Below are positions 56,464 through 64,000 of a DNA stretch of 64,000 nucleotides, piece after piece. The DNA is from a virus (lineage: Duplodnaviria > Caudoviricetes): the IMG/VR virus record IMGVR_UViG_3300024259_001623, one strand, 5' to 3'. Numbering within the stretch: the first letter of the stretch is position 1; every line of letters begins with the position of its first letter. Position numbers and translations under genes: made by a program. The notes under the pieces were generated by a model that saw only the letters and a program-made list of their open reading frames with translations, did no database searches and was not told where the DNA came from.

Positions 56464-57327
56464 TTATTCATTTATAGCTGAAGGTTCTGAAGTATAACCA
56501 TCAGCGTTACTATCAAAGTTTTCCCATACTAAAAAATTATCATCATCGCTACCAGATGAAGATAAAACTATCGCAAAAGAGTCATCATAAGTTATACTGA
56601 CTCCATCATCAATTGGATTTAAATCAAAATTATACCAATCGCTTTGCTTCATATTCTCTCTAGTAGTTTTGAAATCATGTATATATAACGGAGTTGTTGG
56701 CTGATAATCAACGTTAATGTTGTATAAGCCAACATGGGCCGTTATATAAGGAGCATCAGTAAATATCTTAGCGCTGGCTCCAACTGGAGCAACAACAGGA
56801 TCAATAGCGACCTGATCTAACAAGGCATCAGTCGTTCCAATTCGTATTCCCAAATCATGTTCATTACTATCAGCAAGATTAATGCTTAACGGTCCAATCC
56901 ATTCCCAGACCCCACCAGCAGCAGCAAAAGGCCCATTTAAGGCCACGGCATCATCTATCAATATTTGATAATCTATATTGCCCGCAGCTAATTTGTTTAC
57001 TCTTAAATAAACGTCATGGTTCCCGCTATCCTTAACTGGGAATTCTATTATAGAAAAATTAGTTATAGCACCTGGAGCGGCATATACAGCAGATGGTACT
57101 ACTACATATCCTGATCCGCTGTATCCAGAAACGGTATCGCTTACAAATATATTATTTGTAAAAAGAGATACCGCATAAAAATTATTAGCATCAATAATAT
57201 TTTCTTGCGATAAATCAAAAAAATCCGTTTTGTCTGGGTTATTCACTAATAATTTCAAAGAGGCTTTTGTTGGAACAAAATTCCCGTTTACACTAAAAAC
57301 TTGTGCTAATTTACTTGTTCTTCTCAT
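56464..57327 (-). CDS. Putative virion protein with carbohydrate-binding-like beta-sandwich
   Basis: 287 aa; G..DVYLRV...WEW......L...EH.L.IR....LDQV.I pattern. Confidence 0.5.
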   Translation of the reverse strand: MRRTSKLAQVFSVNGNFVPTKASLKLLVNNPDKTDFFDLSQENIIDANNFYAVSLFTNNIFVSDTVSGYSGSGYVVVPSAVYAAPGAITNFSIIEFPVKDSGNHDVYLRVNKLAAGNIDYQILIDDAVALNGPFAAAGGVWEWIGPLSINLADSNEHDLGIRIGTTDALLDQVAIDPVVAPVGASAKIFTDAPYITAHVGLYNINVDYQPTTPLYIHDFKTTRENMKQSDWYNFDLNPIDDGVSITYDDSFAIVLSSSGSDDDNFLVWENFDSNADGYTSEPSAINE

Positions 57328-57332
57328 TTATA

Positions 57333-60300
57333 TTAAATTTCCTTTCCGTTACTTATTTTTATCGGGTCAGACTCCGAAGAAACTTTCAATAAACCATATC
57401 CAAAAGCCCATATATCGTTATCAACATATAATCCTTTATGTATAGTTGTTAAACCAGTGCTTGTCGCAGAAAAAGTCGATCCGTCCGTAGTAGTATAATA
57501 ACTACCATTATTCGCAAACGCCACAAAGCTTATTCCATCGCTTTTTAATGCAACGCTATTAACCACTAAAAGTTCTGATGCTGTTAGATTACCTAAAACA
57601 TCAACCACAGAAGTTTGAGCATTTCCGCTTGGGAACGTCGTATTATCATATCTCAGACCAGTATTGGAACCCATAGCAATATTAACTTTATATTTAACCA
57701 TATCATTAATCTGATCATTTAATAAACCGCTGCTGTTCCAGACAAATCCATCTAAACTGTATTTCAATTCATCATTATCTACTACATACAATAAATTAGT
57801 TGATAACATATTTGTAACATCAGAAGTAGACAAGACCAAGTGCCATTCCCTTCTGTCAGATTCTTTATAAAATATACCATCATCAGTAGAAACAACCAGG
57901 TTCCCCTTGAATGTATCTATCTTATTAATATCGCCAGTTATACCTCTTATAATAATTCTCTCCCAATTCGACAAATCTTGTGTCTTATATATATTACTTC
58001 TCGTTACAATATAGACATCATCATCATCAATTAAAATATTATTTACCGTGGAATTATTAGCATCAGCGTCAAAAACGACATTAGACAAAGAGAAATCATC
58101 TTTATCCATAGAAACCAAACCATCCAAATGAGCTATCAAAACAACGCCTTCGTCATCAAAATATTTGGCATCTAGAACATAATCAACATTGATATAATCT
58201 CCAATGATAGATTTCTCTTCTATATAATCTACAGTAGAATTTAAAGTATCATACCAATTAGAATCTGTAGAAATTATATATTTTGAATTAACGGGAGTAG
58301 TAAGATCAACTCCACATTCATCCACATTGTTCTCTTGCTCGTCTGGATATGTTTCTTCCAAAAATATTCCCATATTGACTATATTAGATTGTTGTACCTC
58401 GGACAATGCTGTAGACAAACCAGAATCTATTATTTCAAAGACATCATCTTCTAATTCTTCATGAGTAAATATTCCACCATGTCTTATAGAAGTACCTTCC
58501 AAAGTTATTGAGATTACATCATATTTATCAAAATTATTTTCAAACACAAATATCCCGCTTGAAGCATCTATAAATGTAACCTCATTCTTACTAGACTCAA
58601 ATACAGAGATACTAGGAGAAACAGCAGGAATCATTTCGACCAAATCATATTCGCTTGAACTAAAATCTTCTCCTACAGTAGAAGCCAAAAATCTATCATA
58701 ATCAATAATTTTATAATCAACACTATCTATCTGAGCGTCAACAAAAAATCTTACTTTTTTGTATCTTTGAGCATAGACTTTATAAAAATCATCTACTATA
58801 TCTCCGACTACATCATATATTGTTTCATCGCCAGTTAATATTTCTGTTCCGGCAATAACATTTTGCAATCTCAATAAATCAACACCGTAATCAGCTATAT
58901 ATCCATTGGCTCTACTCAAATTAGAATTATCTTCTGTAAAATCATCAAAAGAAACACTTGAAAGAGACTCTTCTACCGCAGATGTAGTTGCTCCTATATT
59001 ATCATAATAACTCGCATAGTTCCTTTTGAATCCTATTACTGAATCATATTTTTGATCGAACCATGTTGTATTTTTGATTTTATATAACATATATTGATTA
59101 GCAACAGAGACTATAGAGCTATCATCTATTCTAATATCAAAAGATACTGAATTATTAGGAATTGAATAATACGCTCCAATTTCTCTTCTATTTTTATCAA
59201 CATAGATTGAGGGAGTTATTACACTACTCTCTTCAAAAACTTTCGTTACGTTATTTAAATTGCTTACTCCAGAAGAAAATTGATTATCGCTTCCAATGTA
59301 TATATTACTTCCTATAACATTTAATGATGTGGCTATATTAATGCCCCTATTAGAATTATCATCAGGAACTCCAACTTCATCAAACGATATAGCAGAACTC
59401 GTTTTTATATCATCGCTTGATATATGTATTCCATTATCTGTAGCAACCATAAGTCTATCAGTTCCGCCATCATCAAATATAACAAATCTTCTAGCCTCAT
59501 TACAATTAAGAGATGCTACCATTGTATATTCAGAATCAGTATTCAACTTTCTCCATATATTACATTCTGCTAACGCGAAAATATAAAATCCATCTACAAT
59601 AAACTGGTGTATAGGATTTTTCTCTACATATTCATCTATAGCTTCCCAAACCGTTTCTCCATCATCCAACTGGAATAGTCCTATTTCCGTGCTAACAATA
59701 ACATTATTGAATCTAACCAACATACCAAAACAATTTGACGAGATTCCAGACATCAATCTTGTTTGAGTAAAAGCAGGAAATTCATTCAAAGTAGCAAAAG
59801 AAATTTCATAAACACCTATATCTGTGCTTATATATATAGTTCCATCTGATTTCTCTGCTATATCTCTACATACTGAAACTCCTCTAATGCCTTCTATCTT
59901 ACTCCATGTGATTCCATTCTTACTTGTATAAACAAAACCAAAACCTAAAGCAAAATAACTATCAGATACAGAAGAGTAATACAATTTATGAACGACTCCA
60001 TCTGTCTCAAGAGCTAAATTCCAACTAGCTCCACTGTTAGTAGAATACATTATACCCTTACTCGTAGCTGCGACTAGAGGAGGAGTAACGTCTATCCCTG
60101 GGAAATATCCTAATGGGAAATAGTTAGGAGGAAAAACTCCTATAGTAAAATATCCAGATGTCAGAACTTCTGCTGGAGTGCTGGAAACATACAAGAATCC
60201 TGGAGGGAAATAGTTAGGAGGAAAATAGCCAGAAGCAAAATACTGATTTACAGCCGAATCTCCAGAAACCGTAGTTACATCATAAAAAGTAATAGAAGAT

Positions 60301-63284
60301 CCAATAGTTTCCGAATTATCGCTATTCAAATTTTGATCAATCTCAAAAACATATCCATCCTGAGTAGACATAGGTAGTTGTATTGGAACTAATTCTTCTT
60401 CTTTTCTCCCAGAATGGTCTATATCTGGTAAAGAACGGGTGTCTGCTTCAGATGTACCAGCTATCGATGGGAATATCTCACCTATTTTATATTTTGATAA
60501 AGTATTCTGTACTTCAGCTAAACCAACACATTCCAAAGAGATATTGGAAGATGGAGTAGGAGAAGCAAAAATGATTCTTCTATTCAAAACATCTACTTCA
60601 AAAAAGATATTAGACCTTTCTCCATCTATATAAGCTATATAAGATGTTGCCCCAGCAAAATCTTCAAGCAAATTTACGTATATAGTATTATCTGTTGTAT
60701 ACCAAGTATCAATAATAATATTTTCGCTTAAATCTATTCTCTTATCTATAGTATTAGATAAAGTTATAGATAGATCGCTATCATCTACTATTCCATCTCC
60801 ATTGTAATCATTTTCTTCAGATGTTTTACTCAAAAAGTTATCCAAAACTCTTTGAACTCTGTAATTATCAACTCCAGCAGTCCTAACATGCTCATGATCA
60901 TCTATGGCAGTCTGCAAAAAGTCATCTGCAACTTTTCCTAATTCTCCTATATCAGTAGACAAATCTGTGAAAGTAAAACTGTTGGTCGTTGGCTGAATTT
61001 TACCAAGTACTATAGAATCTATAGGTGGATTGTCAGTACTCAAAGATGAAACCAATCTAGCCTCATTTCTATATTTTCTTACCATATAATAGTATCTTGT
61101 GTTATTGACTAATAATACATTTCTATCTATGAAAGAAGTTTCATCTTTGTCAGCACTCCCTACTTTTTCCCAAGAATATTTATTACCAGTAGATCTGTAT
61201 ATTTCATATCCATCAAATGAATCATTCGCAGATTCCCAGGAAATTGCAGTATTATATGTTCCATCATTTGTAACAGAAATAGCCCCCATATCAACAAAAG
61301 TATTCAGATCATTAGCGGGATAAGACTGTACAGGGAGCGCTCTAATCAAAGGATAACTCAAAAAACCATCATCAGTAGGATTCAAAGACTCTTTACCATA
61401 TATGTCAACAGTAGTGATAAAATAAGAATATCCTTGTCCGTTCTCAACTGTATAATCTACATATGTTTCATTAGAAGCGTCTATTGTATCTATAAGTGTA
61501 AAATCAGATGCAGCATATCCAAATCTTTTGAAATTAGCTCTCCAAATTTTAAAACTACTGGACGTTCTTTTGTTTACATCTTCCCATCCCAAGAAAATCT
61601 GCTTATCACCATTCATGGCAAATTGTTTTTTAGGAGCGCTCAAAATATCCGTAGATTGAGACCCTGTATTAACCGACAAACTAGTAGAAGAACTTGTAAG
61701 TCCTTCGCCATCAACCGCTTTAACGCTGACAGTATATTTTGTGCTAAAAAACAAAGGTGCGGCAAAAGTGTAAGAACTTTTTCTACCATAATTAGAATCA
61801 GTTAACACATTAGTCGTTATATCTGTTGTCAAATCTTTTGTTGTAACAGTTATTAAGTTGTGATCAAAAGTACTAGAAGAATTAGACCATGTTATTAACA
61901 AATCATTGTCTCTAGCAGAAAACGATAACATATTAGATATAGGACTAGGATTAACAAAATTTGTAGTTTTGATAGAAAACACAATACCAGTATTAGTATT
62001 GTCATTTTCATCTACAGCTTGTACTTTTACAATATAATTTGTTCTAGGAGATATACCTCTGACAGAACCTGATATGCTATATGTTTCTATACTTTTTGAA
62101 AAAGATCCAGATATATTTTCATTTACAAAAACTTCTATAGGATCAGATGATAAATTACCATTTTCTACTATTGTAATCAAAAATTTATCAGCAACAGGTA
62201 AATAAACGCCTATTCCTTCGTCCCAAGATATATTCAACGATATACCTTCATCATTATTTATACTTTGAGACTCAGTTACCTGTAAATTATCAACTTCAGG
62301 CGGTCCTAAATTATTTATAGGAGATATATTAGTTATATAGCCGGAAGAAAGAACTCCATTATCACTAACAGAATATATAGTGGCTTGATACAATATTCCA
62401 TTACTTAAAGATTCAAACACAACTTGATTAGAAGTAGTATTCTTCGTATCAACAGCAGCGACTACGCTTTCATCATCTCCTAACTCGCTCAATGATACTC
62501 TGAAAGATGCAATATTATTAAAATCAGGAGTTTCCCAAGCGAATTGAACAAATCCATTACCGGCAAAAGACATAATGCTATTTGGATTAGGTGGAGGAGT
62601 CAAATTCAGCGGAGTTGTATCTGTAACAACTGCTGATGGATTACTTATATTCCCACTCAAATCTACAGACCGAATTCTATAAAAATACGCTGTATTTTCC
62701 GCTACAGAATCATCATCATATAAAGCAGTCGTTGTTGTAGTAAGATTTGTATAAGAAACGCCATCCGGACTTCTCTGAACTATATAATGCGAAAAATCTA
62801 CTTCTGCATTCTCATCCCATATCAACGATACATTTCCAAAAGATATCGAATCAATACTAGGATTGATAGGAATAGCTGGAGCAGATGTATCAGTATTCAA
62901 AATACTAGCCCTGTCAGAAAAAGCACTAAAACTAGCTATGTAATTTCTTTTTCTTTGCATATACAGATAAACTGTCTGCCCGCAATTTAATTCGATCTCT
63001 AATTCACCGAAAGTTCTCACATAGAATCTATCTATAAACCCTGCTCCGGACAGAACTCTTACAGTAAACGTGCTGTCAGACCCACAAGATACTACAGGGC
63101 CAGCAGATGAGCCTGAGCTTTCATCTAAGACGCTCCATCCTTCTACAATTCCATTTCCTACCAAGTCTGATAAAAAAGCAAGCTGATTATCTACGATTTT
63201 AAATCTTCTTCTATCTTCAGAAGAAGAATATGCGTCGCCGGCATAAAAAGCAGCTAATCCATATTTTTTAGTATATAAAGGCAT
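57333..63284 (-). CDS. Giant (1983 aa) virion-type protein: FN3 repeats and beta-propeller-like C-terminus
   Basis: Several FN3-like units (L.W......YIVQRS, YFYRIRSVD..GN), S.N.G.SW / S.DG..W BNR-like repeats. Confidence 0.75.
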   Translation of the reverse strand: MPLYTKKYGLAAFYAGDAYSSSEDRRRFKIVDNQLAFLSDLVGNGIVEGWSVLDESSGSSAGPVVSCGSDSTFTVRVLSGAGFIDRFYVRTFGELEIELNCGQTVYLYMQRKRNYIASFSAFSDRASILNTDTSAPAIPINPSIDSISFGNVSLIWDENAEVDFSHYIVQRSPDGVSYTNLTTTTTALYDDDSVAENTAYFYRIRSVDLSGNISNPSAVVTDTTPLNLTPPPNPNSIMSFAGNGFVQFAWETPDFNNIASFRVSLSELGDDESVVAAVDTKNTTSNQVVFESLSNGILYQATIYSVSDNGVLSSGYITNISPINNLGPPEVDNLQVTESQSINNDEGISLNISWDEGIGVYLPVADKFLITIVENGNLSSDPIEVFVNENISGSFSKSIETYSISGSVRGISPRTNYIVKVQAVDENDNTNTGIVFSIKTTNFVNPSPISNMLSFSARDNDLLITWSNSSSTFDHNLITVTTKDLTTDITTNVLTDSNYGRKSSYTFAAPLFFSTKYTVSVKAVDGEGLTSSSTSLSVNTGSQSTDILSAPKKQFAMNGDKQIFLGWEDVNKRTSSSFKIWRANFKRFGYAASDFTLIDTIDASNETYVDYTVENGQGYSYFITTVDIYGKESLNPTDDGFLSYPLIRALPVQSYPANDLNTFVDMGAISVTNDGTYNTAISWESANDSFDGYEIYRSTGNKYSWEKVGSADKDETSFIDRNVLLVNNTRYYYMVRKYRNEARLVSSLSTDNPPIDSIVLGKIQPTTNSFTFTDLSTDIGELGKVADDFLQTAIDDHEHVRTAGVDNYRVQRVLDNFLSKTSEENDYNGDGIVDDSDLSITLSNTIDKRIDLSENIIIDTWYTTDNTIYVNLLEDFAGATSYIAYIDGERSNIFFEVDVLNRRIIFASPTPSSNISLECVGLAEVQNTLSKYKIGEIFPSIAGTSEADTRSLPDIDHSGRKEEELVPIQLPMSTQDGYVFEIDQNLNSDNSETIGSSITFYDVTTVSGDSAVNQYFASGYFPPNYFPPGFLYVSSTPAEVLTSGYFTIGVFPPNYFPLGYFPGIDVTPPLVAATSKGIMYSTNSGASWNLALETDGVVHKLYYSSVSDSYFALGFGFVYTSKNGITWSKIEGIRGVSVCRDIAEKSDGTIYISTDIGVYEISFATLNEFPAFTQTRLMSGISSNCFGMLVRFNNVIVSTEIGLFQLDDGETVWEAIDEYVEKNPIHQFIVDGFYIFALAECNIWRKLNTDSEYTMVASLNCNEARRFVIFDDGGTDRLMVATDNGIHISSDDIKTSSAISFDEVGVPDDNSNRGINIATSLNVIGSNIYIGSDNQFSSGVSNLNNVTKVFEESSVITPSIYVDKNRREIGAYYSIPNNSVSFDIRIDDSSIVSVANQYMLYKIKNTTWFDQKYDSVIGFKRNYASYYDNIGATTSAVEESLSSVSFDDFTEDNSNLSRANGYIADYGVDLLRLQNVIAGTEILTGDETIYDVVGDIVDDFYKVYAQRYKKVRFFVDAQIDSVDYKIIDYDRFLASTVGEDFSSSEYDLVEMIPAVSPSISVFESSKNEVTFIDASSGIFVFENNFDKYDVISITLEGTSIRHGGIFTHEELEDDVFEIIDSGLSTALSEVQQSNIVNMGIFLEETYPDEQENNVDECGVDLTTPVNSKYIISTDSNWYDTLNSTVDYIEEKSIIGDYINVDYVLDAKYFDDEGVVLIAHLDGLVSMDKDDFSLSNVVFDADANNSTVNNILIDDDDVYIVTRSNIYKTQDLSNWERIIIRGITGDINKIDTFKGNLVVSTDDGIFYKESDRREWHLVLSTSDVTNMLSTNLLYVVDNDELKYSLDGFVWNSSGLLNDQINDMVKYKVNIAMGSNTGLRYDNTTFPSGNAQTSVVDVLGNLTASELLVVNSVALKSDGISFVAFANNGSYYTTTDGSTFSATSTGLTTIHKGLYVDNDIWAFGYGLLKVSSESDPIKISNGKEI
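60115..60225. repeat. 21-bp exact direct repeat, 90 bp apart, encoding FPPNYFP
   Basis: gggaaatagttaggaggaaaa at 60115-60135 and 60205-60225. Confidence 0.85.
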
Positions 63285-63293
63285 TCATATATC

Positions 63294-64000
63294 CTATATA
63301 TTTAATTGCATTTTAGAGTTATTTTCCATTTCAAACATAAAAGCTAGATTCTTGATCTGAGGCAAATATCCATATTGATTGCAGAAACCACTTCCCTGAG
63401 TAGTCAAAAAAGTGAATCCTGATTCTTCATTAGTAAAAGTTGTCCCATCCCATACATCTATTATTACATAGTATACCTTGAATGGAACAAATACAGACAA
63501 GTCTGGATAATATGAAACAATAACAGATTGACTAGGATTAACAGTATATCCACAATCAAGAATAGGATCAACATCATTTATAAGCCAATTATTCTGATCA
63601 TTTTGGCTAAAAGCTGTATAAAATAAATCTGTAGTACCAGCGTCATTGTACCATCTTACTCTAAAATGAACATCAACTGCCGCAACAGATTCATTAATAA
63701 AATTAAAATCAATTATATCTTCAAAAGAAGCATCATATGGATCAAAAGGATTAATGCTACTATTATGAATTAATTTTGCTCCAACTCTAAGATTTTCTTC
63801 TACAGCATTTACAATATTAACCTTATCTATATCTATTACATCATAATCATCAAAATCAACAGAATTAGTAGTATTTACTCCCCAAATTATTTGAGAGCCA
63901 GCCGGTATAGACTGGTTAGCAGTCAAAATTATCCTATTAGCTTTATCATTCAAAGAGAAGTTATCAGTGAAAAAATAAGTTGTATTTGTATTAGTAGGCA
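63294..64000 (-). CDS. Putative virion protein (partial; frame open to window end)
   Basis: ORF-track start at 63953 is a TTG, but the frame continues without a stop to base 64000. Confidence 0.65.
   Translation of the reverse strand, partial: PTNTNTTYFFTDNFSLNDKANRIILTANQSIPAGSQIIWGVNTTNSVDFDDYDVIDIDKVNIVNAVEENLRVGAKLIHNSSINPFDPYDASFEDIIDFNFINESVAAVDVHFRVRWYNDAGTTDLFYTAFSQNDQNNWLINDVDPILDCGYTVNPSQSVIVSYYPDLSVFVPFKVYYVIIDVWDGTTFTNEESGFTFLTTQGSGFCNQYGYLPQIKNLAFMFEMENNSKMQLNI

Noticed and set aside
1-64000. Alternative genetic code (stop-codon reassignment)
   Set aside because: Long genes are intact under the standard code, and TAA, TAG and TGA all terminate genes at sensible positions.
1-64000. 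tRNA, rRNA, group I/II intron or DGR elements
   Set aside because: No cloverleaf, intron-like gap or reverse transcriptase seen; intergenic gaps are mostly under 100 bp. A covariance-model search was not run.

Overview
AT-rich, densely packed window with almost every gene on the minus strand (neuB is the only credible plus-strand gene). It is best read as part of a large (jumbo-type) bacteriophage genome using the standard genetic code; no capsid or terminase genes fall in the window, so the phage call is an inference. Modules: (i) 0-12 kb glycosylation island with at least five GT-A-type glycosyltransferases, a radical SAM enzyme, peptide deformylase and a complete nonulosonic-acid (sialic acid/KDN-like) pathway (synthase, phosphatase, CMP-synthetase, two Maf/GT42-like transferases); (ii) 12-47 kb replication/recombination and host-takeover genes (UvrD, RecA, SSB, Cas4-like nuclease, DnaB, loader, SF2 helicase, two DNA methyltransferases, ClpP, IF3, SpoVS); (iii) 47-49 kb two more glycosyltransferases; (iv) 49-64 kb giant virion-type proteins. 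The most striking features are fragmented or overlapped genes: a helicase intein whose LAGLIDADG endonuclease is encoded in a different, fully overlapping reading frame while the intein frame stays open for about 300 codons; a Ycf46-like AAA ATPase split by an atypical trans-splicing intein (24-aa IntN, 126-aa IntC, Thr+1) around a free-standing endonuclease; a DnaE split into PHP and polymerase genes without a split intein; and a DnaG split into zinc-finger and TOPRIM genes 15 kb apart. All family calls come from motif recognition by eye; no database search was run.
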